A stretch of DNA of 64,000 nt from Deltaproteobacteria bacterium (GTDB lineage Bacteria; Desulfobacterota_D; UBA1144; Nemesobacterales; CSP1-2), in NCBI GenBank assembly GCA_052390235.1, contig JBQTHB010000006.1, positions 111,680 through 175,679 on the forward strand, written 5' to 3'. The position numbers and the translations under genes are program-made. Positions 55,004 through 63,665 of this stretch are shown here, piece by piece. The stretch's first letter is position 1; each line of letters opens with the position of its first letter. Under the pieces are notes generated by a model that was given only the letters and a program-made list of their open reading frames with translations, was not told the origin of the DNA and ran no database searches.

Positions 55004-56239
55004 CTATTTCGCAGTTTTTAGACGAACCTCGCGCACCACAGTCTTAACATGGGGGAATTGCTCCTCGCTCCAAACGACAAAAAAATTCCCCCCGGCGGAA
55101 GCGGCAATGTCTGGGGCGTAGGACTTTATGGCTCCCGAAAGGGTCTCAATAGGGCTAAAGCTCTTGCCACCATCCGTTGAGTATCTCAGCACAATACGCC
55201 GACGCACCGCCGTTGAGTCTTCCCAAGCTATGGCTAGAGCGCCGTCTCCTACGGCCATTGAGACGTGGTCGGGGATAGACGATTTGGATTCGTCGAGACG
55301 CCGCGGGGCAGAGAATTCCCTCCCGTCCCTGGATTTGGCGAATAGGACATTAGGCTCTCCAGCCCCTTCCGTGTACCAAGAGGCGTAAATCGTCCCGCCG
55401 CCGTCAATTCCTACGCTCCCTCCGCGATGAGGGCAGGCGGCGATTTTCCAATTATCGGCATGAACTAGAGAGGGAGGGACAGAATCCGCGCCCGTAGAGA
55501 TGACCATATCCCTCGCATCCTCGGCGAATACCTGTCGCCAGAGAACGGCAAATCTATTATTCTCCCCTGCGCCGAGGTCAACCCTGCAACACACACAGAC
55601 ATCGCCCGCTAATTTCACGGCGGATTCAACGCTCGTCCCCCGACTCCCGATTCGAGCTATAAAAGTGGCGGGCTTGTCCCACCCCTCGCGGGTGTCAATC
55701 CATGAAATCAGCACGCTCCCGTCGGATGCAACGTCCATCCCCTCGAATGAGTGGGAAATTGGGCGGTCTTCATTGATTCTGAGATGATTATCAAAATTCC
55801 TCCCCCCGTCGAGCGAGCGGGAGAGGATTAAATCGGATGCGAAAAGCGCCCCCTCAGGCTTGGGCTTGCTGGCAGACCAGGAGATATAAATCTCCCCCTC
55901 TGACCCTACGGCGATTCCGGGGGACTGATGAACAGAGTCGGCGCTCATCCCATCGGGGTTTACACGGACGGGGTATAGGACTCCTCTTTCCAGTCGAGCG
56001 ATATAGACATTGTTCGCGCCGGCAACCTCCGCCGTCCAAGCGATAACGGGTTTTCCATCGGCCCCTGCGGCTAGGGCTACGTCCGAGATATGAACCTCGT
56101 GGAGTTTTCCGGGATGAACAAACTCGTAGCTCGCCCCCAATTCAATACCTGTACCAGGAGCGGGCGGCGGATTCGAGCAGGAAACCGCCGATAAAACGCA
56201 GGTCAGCAAAATAAATCCATAGCAGAATTTAGCGAGCAT
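55004..56239 (-). CDS. BNR/Asp-box beta-propeller lipoprotein (sialidase-fold, function unknown)
   Basis: Lipobox LSAVSC. Asp-box-like SRSLDGGRNF, KSRDGREF, YSTDGGKSF. ATG 56239 after GGAGGGAAT is preferred to the track start 56362, which overlaps the receptor gene. Confidence 0.7.
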   Translation of the reverse strand: MLAKFCYGFILLTCVLSAVSCSNPPPAPGTGIELGASYEFVHPGKLHEVHISDVALAAGADGKPVIAWTAEVAGANNVYIARLERGVLYPVRVNPDGMSADSVHQSPGIAVGSEGEIYISWSASKPKPEGALFASDLILSRSLDGGRNFDNHLRINEDRPISHSFEGMDVASDGSVLISWIDTREGWDKPATFIARIGSRGTSVESAVKLAGDVCVCCRVDLGAGENNRFAVLWRQVFAEDARDMVISTGADSVPPSLVHADNWKIAACPHRGGSVGIDGGGTIYASWYTEGAGEPNVLFAKSRDGREFSAPRRLDESKSSIPDHVSMAVGDGALAIAWEDSTAVRRRIVLRYSTDGGKSFSPIETLSGAIKSYAPDIAASAGGNFFVVWSEEQFPHVKTVVREVRLKTAK

Positions 56240-56346
56240 TTTATTCCCTCCGATAAATAATTCCATCCCCAAACGCGCAAGCCGCGCCCGGAGAAGGGAA
56301 GAGCGAGAGTTTCCCCCCCTACCCTCCTGCCCCGGCGCTATTTTTA

Positions 56347-58500
56347 CTATTTCCAGCCCCACTCAATACCCGCATAGAACGAGCGTCCGTTGCCGGGGGA
56401 GATGAAACTCCCCGAAGCGTCATCAACCACTACGGACGCGATATAGTCTCTATCTAAAATATTTGAAACCTCGAAAAATGCGCCCAGATTCCAAGGCTCG
56501 TACCTGTAGCCAAATTCAAGATTTATCAGCGTGTAGTCGTCGGTCTTCTCCGTGTTTTCGCTGTCAACGAAATACCCCTTCGGCGTGCTTTCGAGATTTG
56601 GGGCTATCCAAAAACCGATGGGGTTATCGTAGCGAATCTCCGCCCTGATGAAATGCTCCGGCGCGCCCGGAAGGTCGTTGTCCCCGAAATTATCATCGTT
56701 GACAAATACGAATCTCGAATAGGTGTAGGCGAGGCGCGCGCTGAGCGTGTCGTCTGCTCCCTGCAGGGCGATGCGGCTTAGGATTCCGCAAATGAGATTC
56801 ACATCCAATCCCGCTTCAACGCCGCTGTGGCGCGAGCGGTCAATATTTTGAAATCTCGGTATTGTGAACGGCGCGCTCGGAAACGGCTGAACGTTTATGT
56901 TTTGAATCTCGTCCCAGAGTTCTATGTTGTAGAGCGAAATATCCCAAGCAATGCGATTCCAAAGCTCCCCGCGAGCGCCGACCTCGAACTGCGCCGATTT
57001 TTGAGCGTTGAGCTCGTCCAAGCCCCCTCCGATAACGACAGGCGAGGCAAGCTCAAGCAGGAGGGGCGGCTCATATCCCCCGCTGGCGTTGCCGAAAATC
57101 TGCGCCGAAGCAGAGTAGTTCCAGACGAATCCCAGTTTCGGCGTTGCGGAGTAGAAATCTGTTGAGGCGGAGTCGTTCGGGTCAGAGTCGGTATCGGAGA
57201 GAAAATCATCGGAGACCGAGCGGTGGGCGTACTGGAAACGGCTTCCCGCAACGATGCTCAAATCGTTCGTAATATTAAAGCTGTCCTCTGCGTAGAGGGC
57301 GAGGTTCAGGGCTTTGTTGTTTTGGTCCCTGCTTAGGTCGCCGCGGTCGCCGCCTCCGAGAGCCACAAAACGCACGTCCTCTTGGTCGGTGTAGGCGGCT
57401 TGAATGCCAGCGGTTAGCAAATTGCCTCGGCCAAATACGGGCGCGCTGAGGAGATAGCGAATCTCGCCGCTTAGATTTTGCGTGTCCCCAGTGAGGACGG
57501 CGAAAGAGAGGGGGTGGTCTAGGTCGAGAAAATTGAACTGAGCGTTGAACTCAAGAGCCTGCTCAGAGGAAATCGGGGCGCGCACTGTAAATGCCCCTCG
57601 GTAATAATCGTAATCATGCCGCTCGTCAAATTCTAGGCTTTCGGGGGCGGCCTGCCGGGGGTCGGCTTCAAACTGCTCCCGCGTGAGAGAGCCGGGGAGG
57701 GTTTCATCATTTTTCACGTATCCGAGGTCGAGCCGAAGGGTCGCGCCTCCGTCAAAGGCGTAGCCGAAGCTAGAGAAAATGCGGCGGCGAGTCTGTTCGG
57801 CGTGGTCGCGGAAGTTATCAAGCTCCGTGTCGCTCCCTCCGGCATACAAATCAAAAGGGCCGTAATTCTGCCCGGTGGCGACATAGCCCTTAAAAAAACC
57901 ATAAGAGCCTGCCTGCCCCCTGAGTTCAAGCAAATCGGCATCGTAGCCAGTTTTTGTTACCAAATTTATCGCCCCGCCTAAAGTATTTGCTCCGAGACGG
58001 AGGGCATTTGCGCCTTTATAAACCTCGATTCTCTTTGCCGATAGAAGCTCCAAAAGCCCAAACTGTCCGAACCCATCGGCGTTGTTAACGGCGAATCCGT
58101 CAATCAGGATATTCACCCCGCGAAGGTGAAAGTTGTTGCGAAGCCCTGAGCCGCGAATGGAGATTTGGCTCTCCTCCGAGTCGTACCGAGGGCGAATGAG
58201 AACGCCGGGGATAAAATCGAGGACGTCTTTGTCCGTATAGGCGCGGGACTCGGAAATTTCATCAGAGCCGACAACACCGACTCCGCCGGGGGTGCGATAT
58301 ATCTGCTCCCGTGCCTGCTCCTCGCTGAGATTTCGCTCAGGGGTTTGCACGCTGGACACGGCTGAGTCCTCGACGACTACGGGGGGAAGTTCAGGGGCGG
58401 TTTTTTTATCGTCTAATTCGCTTTGGGCTAAGTCCCTCTCCTCGGCGAATGCGGATTGAATTGAAAATGCGAGAAATAGAATAAAAATCCATCTGTACAT
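56347..58500 (-). CDS. TonB-dependent outer-membrane receptor 1
   Basis: Signal peptide, plug (ISIRGSGLRNNFHLRGVNILIDG...IEVYKGANALRLGANTLGGAINLVTK), and a long beta-barrel ending in aromatic-rich strands (FYAGIEWGWK). Confidence 0.9.
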   Translation of the reverse strand: MYRWIFILFLAFSIQSAFAEERDLAQSELDDKKTAPELPPVVVEDSAVSSVQTPERNLSEEQAREQIYRTPGGVGVVGSDEISESRAYTDKDVLDFIPGVLIRPRYDSEESQISIRGSGLRNNFHLRGVNILIDGFAVNNADGFGQFGLLELLSAKRIEVYKGANALRLGANTLGGAINLVTKTGYDADLLELRGQAGSYGFFKGYVATGQNYGPFDLYAGGSDTELDNFRDHAEQTRRRIFSSFGYAFDGGATLRLDLGYVKNDETLPGSLTREQFEADPRQAAPESLEFDERHDYDYYRGAFTVRAPISSEQALEFNAQFNFLDLDHPLSFAVLTGDTQNLSGEIRYLLSAPVFGRGNLLTAGIQAAYTDQEDVRFVALGGGDRGDLSRDQNNKALNLALYAEDSFNITNDLSIVAGSRFQYAHRSVSDDFLSDTDSDPNDSASTDFYSATPKLGFVWNYSASAQIFGNASGGYEPPLLLELASPVVIGGGLDELNAQKSAQFEVGARGELWNRIAWDISLYNIELWDEIQNINVQPFPSAPFTIPRFQNIDRSRHSGVEAGLDVNLICGILSRIALQGADDTLSARLAYTYSRFVFVNDDNFGDNDLPGAPEHFIRAEIRYDNPIGFWIAPNLESTPKGYFVDSENTEKTDDYTLINLEFGYRYEPWNLGAFFEVSNILDRDYIASVVVDDASGSFISPGNGRSFYAGIEWGWK

Positions 58501-58638
58501 TCGGGTTCTCCTCCCTCAAGGGAAAATTAAGTACCAGGCTATCCGCGCCGGATGGAGAGAGCGAGAAACCCAATCTCCATCGGGGCAAATAGCCAAATCC
58601 TGCGGGGTAATTTGTGTTGGCAATGCGTCTGCGCAACT

Positions 58639-59052
58639 TCAGCAGACGGCCGGAGGAGAGCGAACCGAGAGGTTTTCAATAAAATACTGCGACTTGAAAT
58701 CCGCTTTAACGGGCGATAGATAAGAGATAAAACCGCTTCGAGGAGCGGCGTCGGGAAGCCTGAGGAGGGCAAATAGAACTCTCTGCGTGGAGGCGGTATA
58801 ACAGCAGCAACAAGAAAAGCACTTTTTATGCCCGCCTTGGTGATGCCCCCCATCTTCGGATTTATGCGATTCCTGCCCGGACTCCGGTGCCGCGCCGTGA
58901 GCCGAATGCTCAGAACAGGACGAGCCGCTCGATACGGCGCTATCAGCCTCGGCATTCGGGAGTCCAAACCGAACGGACGCCCCCTGAGATGCCGCTGAGA
59001 ACACCAGGGCGAGCAGTAGGGCTAGTATCCGAGACCGTGAATTTATCCGCAT
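58639..59052 (-). CDS. Small secreted His/Cys-rich hypothetical protein (CFSCCCCY motif)
   Basis: Plausible signal peptide MRINSRSRILALLLALVFSAASQGA, then SCSEHSAHG...HKSEDGGHHQGGHKKCFSCCCCY. Sits between tonB and the receptor on the same strand. Weak SD, no family recognised, so its coding status is uncertain. Confidence 0.4.
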   Translation of the reverse strand: MRINSRSRILALLLALVFSAASQGASVRFGLPNAEADSAVSSGSSCSEHSAHGAAPESGQESHKSEDGGHHQGGHKKCFSCCCCYTASTQRVLFALLRLPDAAPRSGFISYLSPVKADFKSQYFIENLSVRSPPAVC

Positions 59053-59197
59053 GGGCTACACCGGTAATACGCCAAGGGTCGAAGCGTTAGATTAATTTCG
59101 GGTTATTATAGATGAGAATCAGAGTGTAAGAAAGGGGCAGAGGGGGCGATTAGGATGCGCGCCGATGTATATGCCCAAGAGCCTGCGCGAGGGGGGG

Positions 59198-59893
59198 TCA
59201 TCCGTCGCTGAGTTGAAAGCGAATCGGCACGGTAACCCAGCTTGAAATCACCGCCCCGTTCCTCTTTCCGGGGATGAAAACCCAATCCCTTACGGCATCA
59301 AGGGCGGATTTATCGAGAACCCTGTAGCCAGAGGACTTCTCTAGCTGAACCCTGCCCACGGAGCCGCTATCAAGCACAAACACCCTAAGCACGACTACGC
59401 CCTGATACCCGTTTCGGCGGGCGAGCATCGGGTATTCGGGTTTTGGATTGAGTCCGTAGTCGGGAAAGCCTGACTCGGTCGGCGCGCCGCCTCCATCCCC
59501 TTTATCGCCGCTTATTGACTCGGCATTGCCCGAGGACGTCTCGGTGGGCTGGGGTTCGGCGGTGTCGGCTTCGCTTTCGGCAATAGTGAAGGTCTGCTCA
59601 GATGGGACGTCAGCCGGGGCGGGGCGGCTTATGATTCGGCGGCTCTGCTTCTTTTCTTTTTTGACGACTTTTTTCTTCTCGACTTTTTTCTCAACCGGCT
59701 TCACAGGGGGAGGAGACTCGGCGATTTTGGGCATTCCCCCTCCGGGCACTCTGTCTATAATGCCGACTTTTATCGGCTTGGCTTCGACTATCGGCGCCTC
59801 TGGTTCAAACAAAACCCCCGATACGGCGGCAAACATCCCAGTATGCAGCATCATAGATAGTAGAAAAAACGTCTTTAGGTTAAATCGCGGCAT
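59198..59893 (-). CDS. tonB: Energy transducer TonB (second copy)
   Basis: TM anchor, Pro/Lys/Glu spacer (PPPVKPVEKKVEKKKVVKKEKK), C-terminal PEYPMLARRNGYQGVVVLRVFVLDSGSV...LDKSALDAVRDWVFIPG. Follows exbB-exbD. Confidence 0.85.
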   Translation of the reverse strand: MPRFNLKTFFLLSMMLHTGMFAAVSGVLFEPEAPIVEAKPIKVGIIDRVPGGGMPKIAESPPPVKPVEKKVEKKKVVKKEKKQSRRIISRPAPADVPSEQTFTIAESEADTAEPQPTETSSGNAESISGDKGDGGGAPTESGFPDYGLNPKPEYPMLARRNGYQGVVVLRVFVLDSGSVGRVQLEKSSGYRVLDKSALDAVRDWVFIPGKRNGAVISSWVTVPIRFQLSDG

Positions 59894-59902
59894 ATCAATA
59901 TC

Positions 59903-60343
59903 TCATGGCTTGGGCAAAGTCTCATCGGTGTCATCAGACCTCTCGGCGGCTATAGCCACCTCTTCGGCTCCTGCCTCCTTGGCGGTCTGAAAAATCTCCA
60001 CAGCGTCGCCGAGGAAAGCGTCCTTGTCGCCTTCGAGAATCACCACTTTCTGCGCGCTGGACTGAAGGGCTTCTGTAAGCTCATCTCTGAGGGACTCTCG
60101 AGCGGTTAAAACGCCGTTAACGTAAAACTCACCGTCTGTCGTGAGCGTTACGACGACGTTTCTCGACACAGACTCCGTTTTTGAGACCTCCGGCAGGTTT
60201 AATTTCGCCCCTGACTCAATCAGCGCAGAGCTGGTTATCATGAATATTATGAGCAGAACGAGAAATATATCCGTAAGCGGGGTGATGTTGATTTCGGCAA
60301 CTATCTCGTCGTCGGAATTCTCGTCAAACTTTTCCAGAGCCAT
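59903..60343 (-). CDS. exbD: Biopolymer transport protein ExbD/TolR
   Basis: EINITPLTDIFLVLLIIFMI...LNLP...periplasmic domain; overlaps the exbB end by 20 nt. Confidence 0.9.
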   Translation of the reverse strand: MALEKFDENSDDEIVAEINITPLTDIFLVLLIIFMITSSALIESGAKLNLPEVSKTESVSRNVVVTLTTDGEFYVNGVLTARESLRDELTEALQSSAQKVVILEGDKDAFLGDAVEIFQTAKEAGAEEVAIAAERSDDTDETLPKP

Positions 60344-60977
60344 TCGCCCGCCTCCCCTCTCTAAAGGCTTCCATGAGCTTTGCCGAATTGATTTTGATGG
60401 CCGTGTTAATGTCCCCGACGCGCACCTGAAGGCAGTTGTAGGCGATGAGGGCGATGATTGCCACGAGTAGTCCCAGAGCCGTGGCTACTAGGGCTTCGGA
60501 GATTCCGGCGGCGACAACTGAGAACCCCCCAGTGCCGGCTTGAGCCATGCTGTTAAAGGATTTTATTATTCCGATTACCGTTCCGAAAAGACCGATAAAA
60601 GGGGCGCTGCTTCCAATTGTGCCTAGAATCCAGATATTGCGCTTGAGGTTCTGAAGCTCTTCAAATCTGCGCTCTTCGACTCCAACGGATATTTCGTCAA
60701 TAGTCTTACCTTGTTGCTTCTGAATAGATGAATGAAATATTTTGGCCAGAGGATTCTTCAAATTTTCCTTGCAAATCGAGGCGGCGGAGGGAAAATCCCC
60801 CTTAGCCATTGTGGGCAGAATGCGCTCAGCGAGATTTCCCATCGAGGAAGCTCCCCCCCTGAGTGCAAATAATCTCTCCATGATAACTCCAACCATCAGC
60901 GCCGAGCCGAAAATGAGCGGATACGTCGCAAGCCACCCCTGGCGTATCAGGTCCATGTAATTTAACCCTTCCATCAT
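60324..60977 (-). CDS. exbB: MotA/TolQ/ExbB proton-channel protein
   Basis: YPLIFGSALMVGVIMERL...LGTIGSSAPFIGLFGTVIGIIKSF...GISEALVATALGLLVAIIALIAYN. ATG 60977 after AGGAG is preferred; the track extension to 61118 covers the predicted promoter and Fur box. Confidence 0.9.
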   Translation of the reverse strand: MMEGLNYMDLIRQGWLATYPLIFGSALMVGVIMERLFALRGGASSMGNLAERILPTMAKGDFPSAASICKENLKNPLAKIFHSSIQKQQGKTIDEISVGVEERRFEELQNLKRNIWILGTIGSSAPFIGLFGTVIGIIKSFNSMAQAGTGGFSVVAAGISEALVATALGLLVAIIALIAYNCLQVRVGDINTAIKINSAKLMEAFREGRRANGSGKV

Positions 60978-60991
60978 AAATCGCTCCTGAG

Positions 60992-61004
60992 AATCTATTA
61001 GATT
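60992..61004. promoter_or_regulatory. Perfect 6-1-6 palindrome AATCTA-T-TAGATT just upstream of the exbB SD
   Basis: Read directly. A further TTAGATT half-site follows at 61009-61015. Confidence 0.3.
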
Positions 61005-61080
61005 AAAATTTAGATTGCCAAAGCCGAGGTTGTCAAGTTTGCTTCCGAGACTGCTGAGATGGCGGCGACTCTCTATATTT

Positions 61081-61095
61081 TGAGAATGATTTTCA
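61081..61095. promoter_or_regulatory. Fur-box-like 7-1-7 palindrome
   Basis: TGAGAATGATTTTCA matches TGATAATnATTATCA at 12 of 14 defined positions. Lies 5 nt downstream of the predicted -10 of the exbB promoter. Confidence 0.5.
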
Positions 61096-61100
61096 AAACT

Positions 61101-61128
61101 AGTGTACTTGAGAAACACCCCGTGTCAA
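61101..61128 (-). promoter_or_regulatory. Candidate sigma70 promoter of exbB-exbD-tonB
   Basis: On the minus strand: TTGACA (61128-61123), 16 nt, TACACT (61106-61101). Confidence 0.4.
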
Positions 61129-61214
61129 GAATAGAAGAGAAATTGGACAATCCGAGGCTCTGATAATCCCCTTGCGCTATATAATTACGAAAGGATGATG
61201 TACTTCGGTTACGC

Positions 61215-63320
61215 TTAGAGCCGTTTTGAGAAATAGTAAGTGATGCCGACTCTGAGGGAAAACGGATTTCCGGGAGTAAAGTGAATATCCTCGGCGGAGG
61301 CGGCTTCGCCCTGAAGCTGGGATTCAAAGAAATTCTGCGCGTCCCGGTAGTCCGTATCCAAGAGATTTTCAATCACCCCGAAAGCCTCGATGTTTTTATA
61401 TCTGTACTTGAGCGTCAGGTCAACCCTCGTAAACCCGTCGGCGTCAACCTCGCCCGTCTCCTCGGCAGGCCTATCGGCGATGTAGAGAACCTCAAGCGCC
61501 CCTTGAAGCCCGAATGGAGTTCTCACGGCGACGCCGCTCCTCGATACCACTTTAGGCGCGAGCGGTATCTGGTCGTCTTCCAAATCGGTGAACTTGGCGT
61601 CTGTAATATTTAAATCCGCATGGAGAAATAGCCAGTCCGTAACGCTGAATCTCGCCTCAAACTCCCCGCCCAATCGCCTCGTGGGGCTTCCAATAAATTC
61701 AAACGTGCCGCCGTCGCCGATAAAAACAAGCTCGTCTTCGAGGCGAAGATACCAAAACGCCGCCGCAAGGTCGAGACGATTATCGAGCAGCCTCGTGCGC
61801 GAGCCGATTTCAAATCCCACGGACCTAGGCAGGGTCGTAGCCGAGGGGTCAGAGACTACGGCGCGCGCGTCGTTGCTGTGGAATCCCGTGCCGAAGTTAA
61901 AGAATACGTCAGTATTCTCTAGCGGCGAGAGTATTAAATTTGCCTTAAAGCTCGCAATTGAGTCCGACTCCTCCCCTTCTATTGGGACGAGCGGGGCGGC
62001 GCTGTCGTCGTTATCCACATCGAAGCGGAAGAAATCCCCCCGCGCTCCCAGCACAACCCTTGCCCAGCCCGTGGGATTGAGTTCGAGCTGCGCAAATGGG
62101 GACACGGACGCCTCGAAAATATCTGCGTCGTTGACGGCGGCGGTCTGATCGCGCCTGGTCTGATTGCCAAGCACGAGGTCGTTGTGGTCGGCTTGCGCCT
62201 GCACCCCTGCGGTGATAACGTGTTCCCGCCCAAAGAGGGCGAATAACCGTGCGTAACGTGTGTCCGTGCCGTAGAGATAGCGGTTGTCTCTCTGCACAAT
62301 GCCGTCGCCATTTACGGGGTCGGCGAGGAAAAAGGTGAAATTACTGAAGAGATCGAGTTTATAGCGAGAGAAATAGACCGTAGAGGTCAACTGGCTTCTG
62401 TCGTCCGGCGCGAGCGAGTACTGAAGATGGGCGTTATATCTTTGAGTCTCGCCTCCTTCGGTGGGGTCAATAGCGCCGAATATATCTATACTGCCGGATT
62501 CAACCGCTCTGAGCGGGACCTGCCCCGATGCGTCCCAGTCGCCGTAATAGCCGGAAATCCAGAACTGTAGCTCTGAGGCATCGGACAAGCTCCAGGAGAG
62601 TTTCCCGAACCCGTTTATGCGCAGGAAATTATTTTCATTGATAAATGGCCCTTCATCGTGAATTATCTCGAATGCCGTGAGGGTTTTCACATCGTCCGAC
62701 ACAATGGGCGACAGGAGCGTAAGCCCTCTTGCCACTGGGCGAAACCTGTCAACGGCATAGAAGCCTGAGCCTGCCTGAACGAAATTTTCATCCACGAAAT
62801 CTTTTGTGATGAGTCTCACCGCGCCGGCGTTTGAAAAATCCCCGAATTCAGTGAAGTAGTTTCCCTTGTAAATCTCCACGGTCTCTATGGTCTCCGGGAT
62901 GACGAAATGCAGGTCGGCGTAGCCTTGACCGTGCGCATGGCTTCGGAGATTCACCGGAAGCTGGTCTATAAATAGCCCGACATCAGTCCCGTGGTCGGCG
63001 TTGAACCCGCGCAGGAGGAATTGGTCGGCTTTCCCCCCGCCCTGGTGCTGAAGCGTGATAAGCCCCGGCACGACGCGGAGCAGGTCGCTGGGCTTGTTCT
63101 TGGGCAGAAGCTCGAAATCGCGCTCTCGAACCTCTCTGGAAGAGGCGGCGGTTACGGGTTTTTTCTCTATAACTAGAACCTCCCCAAGCTCGGCTGAGGG
63201 GGGAGTCTGCTGAGACAGCTCGCTGTCAGCCGGAGCATCTTCGGCGCGAGTATCTGCAGAGAGGGATACGGTCAGAGTAAAACATAGGCAGAGCGTTAAT
63301 CTCAGAAATTTGACGTCCAT
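61215..63320 (-). CDS. TonB-dependent outer-membrane receptor 2
   Basis: Signal peptide, plug (LLRVVPGLITLQHQGGGKADQFLLRGFNADHGTDVGLFID...IEIYKGNYFTEFGDFSNAGAVRLITK), beta-barrel to ...LRVGITYYFSKRL. Confidence 0.9.
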   Translation of the reverse strand: MDVKFLRLTLCLCFTLTVSLSADTRAEDAPADSELSQQTPPSAELGEVLVIEKKPVTAASSREVRERDFELLPKNKPSDLLRVVPGLITLQHQGGGKADQFLLRGFNADHGTDVGLFIDQLPVNLRSHAHGQGYADLHFVIPETIETVEIYKGNYFTEFGDFSNAGAVRLITKDFVDENFVQAGSGFYAVDRFRPVARGLTLLSPIVSDDVKTLTAFEIIHDEGPFINENNFLRINGFGKLSWSLSDASELQFWISGYYGDWDASGQVPLRAVESGSIDIFGAIDPTEGGETQRYNAHLQYSLAPDDRSQLTSTVYFSRYKLDLFSNFTFFLADPVNGDGIVQRDNRYLYGTDTRYARLFALFGREHVITAGVQAQADHNDLVLGNQTRRDQTAAVNDADIFEASVSPFAQLELNPTGWARVVLGARGDFFRFDVDNDDSAAPLVPIEGEESDSIASFKANLILSPLENTDVFFNFGTGFHSNDARAVVSDPSATTLPRSVGFEIGSRTRLLDNRLDLAAAFWYLRLEDELVFIGDGGTFEFIGSPTRRLGGEFEARFSVTDWLFLHADLNITDAKFTDLEDDQIPLAPKVVSRSGVAVRTPFGLQGALEVLYIADRPAEETGEVDADGFTRVDLTLKYRYKNIEAFGVIENLLDTDYRDAQNFFESQLQGEAASAEDIHFTPGNPFSLRVGITYYFSKRL

Positions 63321-63354
63321 AGTTATATTTTCCTGCCGCCGATTTATTTAATAC

Positions 63355-63369
63355 TGATTATATTTATCA
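63355..63369. promoter_or_regulatory. Fur/Zur-family box-like palindrome upstream of receptor 2
   Basis: TGATTATATTTATCA matches TGATAATnATTATCA at 12 of 14 defined positions, 35-49 nt upstream of the ATG at 63320, within a very AT-rich spacer. Confidence 0.45.
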
Positions 63370-63665
63370 TAGTTATTATTCGATTACAATATACTAATTT
63401 AATTTTAGTAATATTTATTATATAGAATTGTTGAGACGGTAGCCAGTAGATTGTCTATTTAATGAGTTGACGAGCGGCCCAAGATCCGCGTATCGTGAGC
63501 CGCTCGCCCAATAGAGAGAAAAGGGGGGAAACAAAAATGGCGATTTAAACCTTACAAATGCTGACTACTGATATTCGTATTACATATACACATATTATTT
63601 TTAATTATATATGTATTATAATCAGAGTCGAAATAATTTGTCAAGAGGTATTTTATGGGACGGAA

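Noticed and set aside
58501-58760. Cobalamin or TPP riboswitch in front of TonB-dependent receptor 1
   Set aside because: No B12-box-like AGYCMGGAGACCKGCC or GCCACTG, and no TPP CTGAGA...ACCTGATCTGGATAATGCCAGCG core on the minus strand. Only generic hairpins are present (GATGGAGA...TCTCCATC and CGTCTGC...GCAGACG).
59053-59197. Fur box upstream of the small Cys/His-rich ORF (TATAGATGAGAATCAGAG)
   Set aside because: My best alignment to the 19-bp Fur consensus gives about 10 of 19, and the 7-1-7 form about 8 of 14. That is too weak to call.
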